Part shown: one piece after another, positions 1 to 10,414 of the stretch
How positions within the stretch are numbered: position 1 is the stretch's first letter
Layout: every line of letters begins with the position of its first letter
Origin: an uncultured Anaerolineales bacterium
Lineage (GTDB): Bacteria > Chloroflexota > Anaerolineae > CG2-30-64-16
DNA length: 64,000 bases
NCBI GenBank assembly: GCA_964423545.1
Contig: CAYRFV010000001.1
Coordinates: 4,090 to 68,089 of the forward strand
Reading direction: 5' to 3'
Translations under genes and position numbers: made by a program
The notes under the pieces: generated by a model
Database searches by the model: none
The model's input: only the letters and a program-made list of their open reading frames with translations
What the model was told of the DNA's origin: nothing

Positions 1-200
1 GTGGGCCACAAGCCGAAGCCGCCCAAGCCGGCGAGCTGGCTGGCCCCATTGGCCGCGGACGAAAGACGCAGGGTGGCAGAGGTTCGAGGGCGGCCAACGA
101 GCGGCGACGCGCCACCGAAGGAGGGAGCGCCGGTCCCCGAACCCCGTCCGCCGCTTGCCCTCCTGCCGCCGCTGCGGCGCAGCGGCGGTTAGCTGCTCCC

Positions 201-968
201 ATGGCGCGCATTCTCATCACCAATGACGACGGCTACCAGGCGCCTGCTCTGACTGCCCTGGCGCACGCGCTGCGCGAAGTAGGCGAAGTCGTCGTCTTCG
301 CGCCGGACCATAACTGGTCGGCGGCGGGCCACACCAAGACGATGCACAAGCCGCTGCGCGTGCATCCGGGCAGTCTGCCCGATGGAACACCACTTTACGT
401 GACGACTGGCACGCCGTCCGACTGCGTGGGACTCGCGCTGCTGGGCATCCTGCCGGAGTGGCCGCACCTGGTGGTCTCGGGCATCAACCAGGGATCGAAC
501 GTGGGGCACGATGTGACCTATTCCGGTACGCTGGCGGCGGCCATGGAGGCTACAGTCTTCGGCATCCCGGCCATCGCCGCCTCACAGGATCTCCAGGAGG
601 GCTGCGCCGGGGATCTCGATTTCGCTGCCGGTGTGGTCGCGGCTGTGGCGCGACGCGTGCTCGCAGAGGGGCTGCCACGAGGCAGCTTCCTCAACGTCAA
701 CTTTCCGGCGCTGTCGCGCGCACAGGTGCGCGGCGTCCAGATGACTCGGCTGGGACAGCGCATCTACCATGATGTGCTGATCCGCCGCGAGGATCCAAAG
801 GGCCAACCCTACTACTGGATCGGCGGCGACCCTCCCACCGGCGAAGCCGAAGATGGCACCGACGTCGGTGCGTTGGCCGCCGGCTACGTCTCGGTGACAC
901 CCCTCAACCTGGACATGACCGATCTTGCGCAGTTAGCGAAGTTGGCGGACTGGGATTTGCGCATATAA
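201..968 (+). CDS. surE: 5'/3'-nucleotidase SurE
   Basis: 255-aa ORF. N-terminal RILITNDDGYQAPAL carries the SurE NDDG signature, and the length is typical for the family. Confidence 0.9.
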   Translation: MARILITNDDGYQAPALTALAHALREVGEVVVFAPDHNWSAAGHTKTMHKPLRVHPGSLPDGTPLYVTTGTPSDCVGLALLGILPEWPHLVVSGINQGSNVGHDVTYSGTLAAAMEATVFGIPAIAASQDLQEGCAGDLDFAAGVVAAVARRVLAEGLPRGSFLNVNFPALSRAQVRGVQMTRLGQRIYHDVLIRREDPKGQPYYWIGGDPPTGEAEDGTDVGALAAGYVSVTPLNLDMTDLAQLAKLADWDLRI

Positions 969-1004
969 TGATCGGGTTTGAACACAACCTACCGGAGGAG
1001 CAAC

Positions 1005-1925
1005 ATGCCCCAGTTTGCGTATTTTGAAGGCAAGTTCGTGCCGATCTCCGAAGCTAAGGTCAGCATCATGACCCATGCGCTCAACTACGGCACAGGGGTA
1101 TTCGAGGGAATCCGCGCGTACTGGAATGAGTCTCAGGAACAGCTTTATGTCGTGCGGCTGCGCGATCACTATCGCCGCCTGCTGCAATCGACGAAAGTGT
1201 TGCGCATGCACTTCGACCTCGATGCTGACCAGATGAGCGCACTGACGGTGGAGCTGCTACGCCGCGAAGGGTATCGCGCGGACGTTTATATCCGGCCACT
1301 GGCTTATAAGGCGAATGAGATCATCGGTGTGCGCCTGCACAATCTGCGCGACGAGTTTGCCATCTTCGCAGTGCCGTTCGGCAAGTACATCGAACAGCAG
1401 GAGGGCGCGAGGGTCTGCATTTCCTCCTGGCGGCGCAACGACGACAACGCCATCCCGCCGCGCGGCAAGATCACCGGCTCGTATGTCAATTCCGCGCTCA
1501 TCAAGTCAGAGGCGATGCTCAACGGATATGACGAAGCAATGGTCCTCAACGCCGACGGTCACCTGTCGGAGGGCAGCGCGGAGAACCTCTTCATCGTGCG
1601 AGGCGGCAAGCTGATCACCCCGCCGGTGACCGCGAACATCCTGGAGGGGATCACGCGCCAGTTGATCATCAACCTGGCGAAGACGGAGCTCGGCGTCGAG
1701 ACGGTGGAACGCCAGATCGACCGCACCGAGGTCTATATCGCCGATGAGGCGTTCTTCTGCGGCACCGGGGTCGAGATCACACCCATCGGCTCGGTCGATC
1801 AGATTCCGCTGGGCAACGGCGGCGTCGGCCCGATCACGCGGCGGATGAGCGAGCTCTACTTCCGCCTCGTGCGCGGCAATGAGCCGAAATACCTGGACTT
1901 GCTGACACCGATCTATCAGAAATGA
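1005..1925 (+). CDS. ilvE: branched-chain amino acid aminotransferase (class IV)
   Basis: ORF 978..1925. I place the start at ATG 1005 because GGAGGA lies at 993-998. MPQFAYFEGKFVPISEAKVSIMTHALNYGTGVFEGIRAYW and the ~306-aa length are typical of IlvE. Confidence 0.85.
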   Translation: MPQFAYFEGKFVPISEAKVSIMTHALNYGTGVFEGIRAYWNESQEQLYVVRLRDHYRRLLQSTKVLRMHFDLDADQMSALTVELLRREGYRADVYIRPLAYKANEIIGVRLHNLRDEFAIFAVPFGKYIEQQEGARVCISSWRRNDDNAIPPRGKITGSYVNSALIKSEAMLNGYDEAMVLNADGHLSEGSAENLFIVRGGKLITPPVTANILEGITRQLIINLAKTELGVETVERQIDRTEVYIADEAFFCGTGVEITPIGSVDQIPLGNGGVGPITRRMSELYFRLVRGNEPKYLDLLTPIYQK

Positions 1926-2890
1926 CCGAAGACGAGGGACAATCGACAACACAGAGCCGCTTTGTGCGTCCATCGTCTCTCATCCGTCGTCCGATTATGT
2001 CCTTCAAACCTCTGCCGCGCTCCGACCGGTGGTACGCTCTGCTGGCGATCCTGGGACTGCTCCTGCTGGATCTGCTGATCCTGCGCACCATTGCGACGCG
2101 GCCGGTCGATGTCCTGAGCTTCCTCTTGGCGCTGTGGGTCCTCGGCAGTCTGTTGGTGGCCGGGTATCTCGGCTACCGGACGGTGGGCGCGTTCACGCTG
2201 GAGTACTGGGTCGACCGAGATGGCGTGACGCTGGTATGGGGCGTCACGCGGCAGATCATCCCAATGGCGGCGATTCGGCGCATCCGGCAGGGGGCGACGG
2301 CGGTCGGCGTTGACCGGCTGTGGCCCTGGCACTGGCCCTACACCGAGCGGCGCAGATTGTGGGGCGCGGAAGTGGGTGTGGTCAACTCCTATGCGACGCG
2401 TCCGTTAGCCGAGCAGCTCATTCTCGTGACGGACTCAGAGAGTTACGGACTTTCCCCCGCCGATCCAGCGAAATTCCTGGCCGCCCTCCAGACGCGCTAT
2501 GCCCTCGGCGTGGCCAGGCCGCGCCAACCGGAACTCCAGCGGCCTCCGCTATGGACGTGGCGGCTCTGGCGGGATCGAGTGGCCCAGGTGCTGATCCTGG
2601 CGGGACTGGCGGGCATGCTGCTCATGTTCGGCATTCTTTGTTTTCGCTACCCCGACCTGCCCGCAGATGTGCCTCTGCACTTCGATGTTAACGGCATTCC
2701 GGACCGCATCGCAGCCAAATCGGGGCTGTTTGCGCTTCCGTTGATCGGCGCCGTCGTCTGGCTGGCCAACCTGATTGCGGGCATCTGGCTGTACCGGCGG
2801 TACCAACTCGGCGCAGCGTACCTGCTCTGGGGCGGCGCGGTCGTAGTGCAGGCGCTTGCGGGACTGGCGCTGCTGAATCTGATACGATAG
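1922..2890 (+). CDS. membrane protein of unknown function (DUF1648/SdpI-like C-terminal region)
   Basis: 322-aa ORF whose ATG overlaps the ilvE stop (ATGA). It has several hydrophobic helices. The PLHFDVNGIPDR motif resembles DUF1648-type membrane domains. Confidence 0.5.
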   Translation: MTEDEGQSTTQSRFVRPSSLIRRPIMSFKPLPRSDRWYALLAILGLLLLDLLILRTIATRPVDVLSFLLALWVLGSLLVAGYLGYRTVGAFTLEYWVDRDGVTLVWGVTRQIIPMAAIRRIRQGATAVGVDRLWPWHWPYTERRRLWGAEVGVVNSYATRPLAEQLILVTDSESYGLSPADPAKFLAALQTRYALGVARPRQPELQRPPLWTWRLWRDRVAQVLILAGLAGMLLMFGILCFRYPDLPADVPLHFDVNGIPDRIAAKSGLFALPLIGAVVWLANLIAGIWLYRRYQLGAAYLLWGGAVVVQALAGLALLNLIR

Positions 2891-3014
2891 CGAGCAGGAT
2901 CGCACGACGCAGCCTATTGCATCTCGACTAGTCCTCGGCCTGATCCTCAGCACAGCGATCGGGCTGATCGCCCATCATCGCGGCTCGCTCTCCCGCGGCG
3001 GCGTCGCGGGCGCG

Positions 3015-3761
3015 GTGCTGATCGGGACGAGCGTCTTCGGCTTCGGTGGTTGGGTGTGGGGCGGCACGCTGATCGCCTTTTTTGTCAGCTCCAGCCTGTT
3101 GTCGTATCTCGGAGCCACCCGTAAGGCGCTGCTGCAGGAGAAGGCCGCGAAGGGCAGCCGGCGCGATCTGGCGCAGACGTGCGCAAACGGTGGGCTGGCG
3201 GCGCTGATCGCCTTGGTCGCAGGCGTGGCCGGCCACGCGGCGCCCATCCACCCAACGCTGGCATTGGCGTTCTATGGCGCACTGGCGGCGGCCAACGCCG
3301 ATACTTGGGCCACCGAGCTGGGGGTGCTGGCGAAAGAGGCCCCGCGCCTCATCACTAGCGGGAAACGCGTGCCGGTCGGCACATCGGGCGGGGTGACGCG
3401 GCTCGGCCTGGCGGCGGCGCTTGCCGGCGCGACGTTTATCGGCCTGTCCGCCTTTGTGTTGATCCAGGGTGCTGCGCAGCTCACGCTGGGGAGCTGGCTG
3501 TGGGGCGACTGGCTCATCATCCCGGTGGCTGCAGTCAGTGGGCTCGCCGGCTCCACCCTCGACAGCCTGTTGGGCGCAACCGTTCAGGCTGTCCGTTATT
3601 GCGACGCCTGCGGCAAGGAGACCGAGCAGGTGGTCCATCGCTGCGGCCGGCCAGCGCGGTTGCTGTACGGCTGGGGTTGGCTGAATAATGACTGGGTCAA
3701 CTTCTTTGCATCGGCAGGCGGTGCGGGAATCGCTGCGGCCATGGCCCGGTTTCTGTACTGA
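3015..3761 (+). CDS. DUF92/TMEM19-family integral membrane protein
   Basis: Polytopic 248-aa ORF with family-like N-terminal GGWVWGGTLIAFFVSSSLLSYLG. In-frame upstream sequence (2931-3014, LVLGLILSTAIGLIAHHRGSLSRGGVAGA) also looks family-like but has no canonical start codon, so the 5' end is uncertain. Confidence 0.6.
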   Translation: MLIGTSVFGFGGWVWGGTLIAFFVSSSLLSYLGATRKALLQEKAAKGSRRDLAQTCANGGLAALIALVAGVAGHAAPIHPTLALAFYGALAAANADTWATELGVLAKEAPRLITSGKRVPVGTSGGVTRLGLAAALAGATFIGLSAFVLIQGAAQLTLGSWLWGDWLIIPVAAVSGLAGSTLDSLLGATVQAVRYCDACGKETEQVVHRCGRPARLLYGWGWLNNDWVNFFASAGGAGIAAAMARFLY

Positions 3762-3840
3762 AGAACCACAACCCGGCGCTGTGCGATCTGCAACCCTGCG
3801 CCGTCAAGCATCACACACTCTTTGATTTTTGGGTCACACT

Positions 3841-4581
3841 ATGCCTGAGGAACATCCCGAACCCCTTCTCACGCTCATTATTCCGGCATACAACGAAGAG
3901 CGCCGTCTGCCGAGATCGTTGGAGAAGATCGTCGCCTTCATCCAGCAGCAGCCGGAGCTGATGGACGTGATCATCGTTGAGAACGGCAGCCGCGACCGCA
4001 CGACGGAGATCGCCGAGGAGTATGCCGGCCGCTATGCGTTCATCCGAGTGCTGCACAGCGACAAGGGCAAGGGCGCCGCGGTGAAGGTCGGCATGCTGGC
4101 AGGGGAAGGCTGTTACCTCTTCATCTGCGATTCGGATCTTTCGATGCCCATCGAGGAGGTGCGCAAGTTCGTACCGCCATCGTGTAGCGACTACGATGTC
4201 GCCATTGCATCGCGCGAAGGACCCGGTGCACGGCGTTACGGCGAGCCGGCCTACCGCCATCTGATGGGGCGCATCTTCAACCTCATCGTGCGCGTGCTGG
4301 CGATACCGGGTTTTCAAGACACGCAGTGCGGCTTCAAGAGCTTCCGGCGCGATGTGGCGAGAGATGTCTTCGCTGCGCAGACCATGACCGGCTGGGCGTT
4401 TGATGTCGAGGCGTTGTTCATTGCACTGCGGCGCGGCTATACAGTGATCGACGTGCCGATCAACTGGTATTTCGATGCCGACAGTCGGGTGAAGCCCTTC
4501 CAGGACACCTATCGGATGGTGCGCGATGTGCTGCGCATCCGCTGGAATGGTTGGCGCGGCCTCTACGATCGCCGGCCGTAG
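3841..4581 (+). CDS. glycosyltransferase family 2 (dolichyl/polyprenyl-phosphate glycosyltransferase-like)
   Basis: LTLIIPAYNEERRLPRSL and the DSD motif (FICDSDLSMP) are typical of GT2. I place the start at ATG 3841 rather than TTG 3829. Confidence 0.75.
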   Translation: MPEEHPEPLLTLIIPAYNEERRLPRSLEKIVAFIQQQPELMDVIIVENGSRDRTTEIAEEYAGRYAFIRVLHSDKGKGAAVKVGMLAGEGCYLFICDSDLSMPIEEVRKFVPPSCSDYDVAIASREGPGARRYGEPAYRHLMGRIFNLIVRVLAIPGFQDTQCGFKSFRRDVARDVFAAQTMTGWAFDVEALFIALRRGYTVIDVPINWYFDADSRVKPFQDTYRMVRDVLRIRWNGWRGLYDRRP

Positions 4582-4672
4582 CCGACCGTGGACTGCTGTC
4601 CTGGGGTTGCCGATTCGCCGGGACTGGGATAAGATAAGTTTCCAGCGGATTCACTCAAACGGGAGGAACGAC

Positions 4673-5854
4673 ATGAAGAAGCTATCCCTGTTATTGGCAG
4701 TGCTCGTGATTGCGGGCATGTTGATCACGTCGTGTGCGCCTGCGGCAACGCCAGCGCCCACTGCCGCCCCCGCCAAAGCAGAGCCCACCAAGGCGCCTGA
4801 ACCCACGAAGGCGCCCGAGCCGACAAAGGCCCCTGCTCCGACCACGGCGCCTGCTGCAACCAAAGCGCCAGAGCCCACCAAGGCGGCGGAACCCACCAAA
4901 GCCGCCCCGGCGCCCACAAACACCCCGATTCCGGCGAAGTGCGAGCCTCTGCCGAACAAGGTCACGGTGAAGGCAGGCGACCTGGGCTCACCGGAGAAAC
5001 CGATCGTGATCGGCTTCGTGCCTTCGGGTGAGTCCGGGCGCATCACGCGCGCCGGCAACGCGATCGCTGACTGCCTGACCAAGATGACTGGCCTCACCTT
5101 CAAGATCGAGGTCGGCACCTCCTTCGCTGCAACCATCGAAGCGATGGGCGCGAACAAAGCCCAGGTCGGCTTCCTCAACACCTTCTCCGAGCTGCTGGCC
5201 GAGCAGAAGTATGGGATCGTGCCTGCACTGGCGGTGCTGCGGAAATACAACACCAATGAAATTGACCCCGACAAGGCCGAAGCGGGCAAACTGACGCCTT
5301 ACTACAAGGGCCAGTTCATCGCCAACAAGGCATCGGGCATCAAGTCGTTGGCGGACCTGAAGGGCAAGACCTTCTGCTTCGTCGATCCGAACTCGACCTC
5401 TGGCTCCATCATCCCGCGCATCATCTTGAAGGCGAATGGGATCGACCCGGACAAAGACTTCAAGGCGGTGCAGAACGCCGGCTCCCATGACAACGTCGGC
5501 ATCGCCGTGTATAAGGGGGACTGCGATGCAGGGGTCACCTACATCGACGTCATCACCGATGCGGCCGCGAACTTGAAGGGCAAGTACCCGGACATCCTCG
5601 ACAAAGTGGCCTACATCGCTGTGACGGATCGGATCCCGAGCGACGGCGTCCAGTATGTCAAGGATCTTGATCCAAAGTACCAGGCAGTGATCACGGATGG
5701 CTTGTTGGCGATGGCGGCTGACCCAGGCGGCAACCAGGTGTTGCGCCTGCTGTACACCATCGACGGTTTCCAGAAGATCGACGCCTCCTTCTACAAGCCC
5801 TTTGCGGAGGTGCTCAAGAAGGCGGGCGTGGATCCCGCCACGCTGGTGAAGTAA
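4673..5854 (+). CDS. phnD: phosphonate/phosphite-type ABC transporter substrate-binding lipoprotein (PhnD family)
   Basis: ATG 4673 is preceded by GGGAGGA (4661-4667). Signal peptide plus lipobox (LITSC). A 66-aa P/A/T/K-rich linker is followed by a PhnD-like core (KPIVIGFVPSGES...ATIEAMGANKAQVGFLN). It sits directly upstream of phnC and phnE. Confidence 0.8.
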   Translation: MKKLSLLLAVLVIAGMLITSCAPAATPAPTAAPAKAEPTKAPEPTKAPEPTKAPAPTTAPAATKAPEPTKAAEPTKAAPAPTNTPIPAKCEPLPNKVTVKAGDLGSPEKPIVIGFVPSGESGRITRAGNAIADCLTKMTGLTFKIEVGTSFAATIEAMGANKAQVGFLNTFSELLAEQKYGIVPALAVLRKYNTNEIDPDKAEAGKLTPYYKGQFIANKASGIKSLADLKGKTFCFVDPNSTSGSIIPRIILKANGIDPDKDFKAVQNAGSHDNVGIAVYKGDCDAGVTYIDVITDAAANLKGKYPDILDKVAYIAVTDRIPSDGVQYVKDLDPKYQAVITDGLLAMAADPGGNQVLRLLYTIDGFQKIDASFYKPFAEVLKKAGVDPATLVK

Positions 5855-5870
5855 GCGCCCTCACACATGA

Positions 5871-5907
5871 GACCTGGAAGATCACAACCCTTCCAGGTCT
5901 TGTTTTT
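5871..5907 (+). terminator. rho-independent terminator/attenuator between phnD and phnC
   Basis: Perfect 10-bp stem GACCTGGAAG (5871-5880) / CTTCCAGGTC (5890-5899) with a 9-nt loop, followed by TTGTTTTT (5900-5907). Confidence 0.8.
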
Positions 5908-5922
5908 CGCCACGAGATCGTC

Positions 5923-6681
5923 ATGCTCAAAGTTGAACACCTGGTCAAAGTCTATCCCAACGGCACGCAGGCGCTCCGCGATGTCAGTTTCGAGGTCGCC
6001 GACGGCGAGTTCCTGGCGGTCATCGGCCTGAGCGGATCAGGCAAATCGACTTTGCTGCGCTGCATCAACCGCCTGATCGAGCCGACCGCCGGCAAGATCA
6101 CCTGGAACGGGGTCGAGATCACTGCCGCACAAGGCGGCGAGCTGCTGAAAATCCGCCGGCAGATCGGCATGATCTTTCAGCAGTTCAACCTCGTCAAACG
6201 CTCCTCGGTGATCACCAACGTCCTTTCCGGCCGCCTGGGGTATGTCAGCACCCTCCAGAGCCTGGTCGGCGCGTTCTCCGGGGATGACCGCGCTCGCGCA
6301 CTGGCGAACCTGGAGCAGGTCGGACTGGGCGAGAAGGCCCATGTGCGAGCCGATTCGCTGTCGGGCGGGCAACAGCAGCGCGTGGGCATCGCGCGTGCGC
6401 TGATGCAGGAGCCCAAGCTGATCCTCGCCGACGAGCCGGTGGCATCGCTTGATCCGGTGCTGGCGCACTCGATCCTCAAGTACCTCGAACAGCTCAACAG
6501 AGAGCGCGGGATCACCGTGCTTTGCAGCCTGCATTTCCTCGATCTGGTCCACCGATACGCCACGCGCGCCATTGCCTTGAAGGACGGCCAGGTGGTCTTC
6601 GAGGGCCTGCCGCAGCAGATCGATGACGCGCAATTCAAGGCGATCTACGGCCAGGAAGCGGAACGCGTCTCTATCGTATGA
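5923..6681 (+). CDS. phnC: phosphonate ABC transporter ATP-binding protein
   Basis: Walker [18 protein letters not shown], signature [15 protein letters not shown], Walker B LILADEP. 252 aa, placed between phnD and phnE. Confidence 0.85.
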   Translation: MLKVEHLVKVYPNGTQALRDVSFEVADGEFLAVIGLSGSGKSTLLRCINRLIEPTAGKITWNGVEITAAQGGELLKIRRQIGMIFQQFNLVKRSSVITNVLSGRLGYVSTLQSLVGAFSGDDRARALANLEQVGLGEKAHVRADSLSGGQQQRVGIARALMQEPKLILADEPVASLDPVLAHSILKYLEQLNRERGITVLCSLHFLDLVHRYATRAIALKDGQVVFEGLPQQIDDAQFKAIYGQEAERVSIV

Positions 6682-8759
6682 GCCCAAACACGACCCCCAG
6701 ACAGCCGTCGGCCGCTTTGCCTCGCCGCGACCAGAAGGCGGCCGTCGCCGCCCTGCTGTCGCTGATCGTTCCCGGCCTGGGCCAGTTCCGCCTGAAGCAT
6801 CGCTGGCGCGGCGTCCTGATCTTCACGGCGACGCTGCTCCTGGCTTTCATCATCAACTGGGCGCTCAGCAATTTCAAGATCGGCCAGGTGACAATAGGCG
6901 GGGCGACATCGACCTGGCTGTGGTTCCTGCTGATGCTGTTCTGGGCCTGGAATGTGCTCGATGCCCGTCGCCTGGCACTCGGTCGACCGGCGAGATCCGT
7001 GGCGGGCGTCCTGGCGGCGGCCGTCATCCTCTACGTGATCGCATGGAACGTCACGGACGTCAAGCTCGATCGACTGGTGACGCGCTTCGATGACGCCAAG
7101 AAGGTCGCCGCGGATCTCGTCCATCCCGATATCCTGTGGCTGGAGATTCCGGGCCAGGAGGGACAGATCTGCGCGGTTGAGTGCCTGATGGATCGCGCGT
7201 GGACAAAGCTCACCGGCGGCGAGGTGCAAGGCGCCCTCCGCATCAGCGACAATTTCCGCGACATCATCGGCCAGGTCAAACAGGGACCTCCGCCCGCCTG
7301 GCTGGTGCGGTTGAGGCTGGTCTCCCAGGAAGCCAACTTTCCCCGTTTCGTCGCCGGCAAGCTGATCGAGACGATTGCCATCGGCCTGCTGGCGACGGTG
7401 TTCTCCACCCTCCTGGCGATTCCGCTCAGTTTCTTGGCGGCTCACAACATCATGTCGCGAGCGCCAGGCGGCAACGCGATCTACTACGCCATGCGCACCT
7501 TCCTCAACGTGGTGCGCGCAGTGGACACGGTTATCTGGGGCCTGATCGTCATCGTGTGGGTGGGACTGGGAACCTTCGCCGGCGTCATCGCGCTCACCAT
7601 CCACTCGGTGGCGGCGTTAGGCAAGCTCTATTCGGAGGAAATCGAACACATCGATCCTGGCCCGGTGGAGGCGGTCACGGCCACCGGCGCGAATCTGCTG
7701 CAAGTGATCCGGTACGCAGTCGTGCCGCAGATCATCCCGCCCTTTCTCGCCTACACGCTGCTGCGCTGGGACATCAACATGCGCGCTGCGACGATCGTCG
7801 GCTTCGTGGCAGGCGGCGGCATCGGCTTCTTTGTCATCGAAACGATCCGCATGGGGGGCTATCGCGAGTATGCGGCTGCGTTGTGGTCGGTGGCGATCGT
7901 GATTATTGTGGTGGACTATCTGAGCGCGCGGTGGCGGGCGAGCATCCTGGAGGACAAGCCGCGGCCCACGCAGGAGGCGCGACGCTGGCGTGCGTTCCGC
8001 ACCGCGGTCTATGTAGTGCTCGGGCTGGCGCTGTTCATCTATTCCTGGAACGTCACCCGAATCAACCTGAAAGACCTGTTCCAGCCGGCCCCCACGTTCA
8101 TCCGTCTGGTGCGCGATTTCATCACGATCGATCTGCAACCCGCCACGCTGGAGACCGTGATCAAGCAGATGCTGATCACGATCTTCCAGGCATTGCTGGC
8201 GACCACCCTGGGTGGGGTGTTTGCCGTACCCGCCAGCTTCCTGGCCGCCAAGAATCTGACGGGGCGCAGCCGGTTGTCGGCGTGGATCTACTACGCCATG
8301 CGCAGTCTGTTCAACGTGCTGCGTTCCATCGAGGCGTTGCTCTACGTGGCGATCTTCGTCTTCTGGGTGGGCATCGGCCCGTTCGCCGGCATGCTGGCGC
8401 TCGCAGTCACCTCCTTTGCGCTGCTCGGCAAGCTCTTCTCCGAAGCGATCGAGAACATCGAGCTGGGCCCCATGGAGGCAATCACTGCGGTGGGGGCCAA
8501 TCGCCTGCAGGTGATTGCGTTCGCCGTACTGCCGCAGATCGTCCCGCCATTCGTGTCCTATCTGATCTACCAATGGGACATCAACATCCGCATGGCGACG
8601 ATCATCGGGTTCGCTGGCGGCGGCGGCATTGGCCTGGTGCTCTCCAGCTTCTTCGGCATGCTCCAGTATCACAAGGCGGGCACGGTGGTGCTGTTCATCG
8701 TGGTCGTCGTCGCGCTGATGGACTTTGCCAGCGCGAAACTGCGCGAGAAACTGGTGTAG
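6678..8759 (+). CDS. phnE: fused double PhnE-type ABC permease with an extra N-terminal membrane module
   Basis: 693 aa. Two PhnE-like halves are present, each with ETI/MLITI...LAIPLSFLAA(H/K)N and an EAA-loop (VEAVTATGANLLQVIRYAVVPQ / MEAITAVGANRLQVIAFAVLPQ) plus GGGIG. The start overlaps the phnC stop. Confidence 0.8.
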   Translation: MSPNTTPRQPSAALPRRDQKAAVAALLSLIVPGLGQFRLKHRWRGVLIFTATLLLAFIINWALSNFKIGQVTIGGATSTWLWFLLMLFWAWNVLDARRLALGRPARSVAGVLAAAVILYVIAWNVTDVKLDRLVTRFDDAKKVAADLVHPDILWLEIPGQEGQICAVECLMDRAWTKLTGGEVQGALRISDNFRDIIGQVKQGPPPAWLVRLRLVSQEANFPRFVAGKLIETIAIGLLATVFSTLLAIPLSFLAAHNIMSRAPGGNAIYYAMRTFLNVVRAVDTVIWGLIVIVWVGLGTFAGVIALTIHSVAALGKLYSEEIEHIDPGPVEAVTATGANLLQVIRYAVVPQIIPPFLAYTLLRWDINMRAATIVGFVAGGGIGFFVIETIRMGGYREYAAALWSVAIVIIVVDYLSARWRASILEDKPRPTQEARRWRAFRTAVYVVLGLALFIYSWNVTRINLKDLFQPAPTFIRLVRDFITIDLQPATLETVIKQMLITIFQALLATTLGGVFAVPASFLAAKNLTGRSRLSAWIYYAMRSLFNVLRSIEALLYVAIFVFWVGIGPFAGMLALAVTSFALLGKLFSEAIENIELGPMEAITAVGANRLQVIAFAVLPQIVPPFVSYLIYQWDINIRMATIIGFAGGGGIGLVLSSFFGMLQYHKAGTVVLFIVVVVALMDFASAKLREKLV

Positions 8760-8773
8760 ACGGGGCCGGGTAG

Positions 8774-10413
<1,640 letters not shown>

Positions 10414-10414
<1 letters not shown>

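Noticed and set aside
1-192. 63-aa ORF at the left edge (possible 3' end of an upstream gene)
   Set aside because: It is a proline- and arginine-rich low-complexity translation with no recognisable motif, and the apparent GTG start at position 1 is an artefact of the window edge. I cannot support it as coding.
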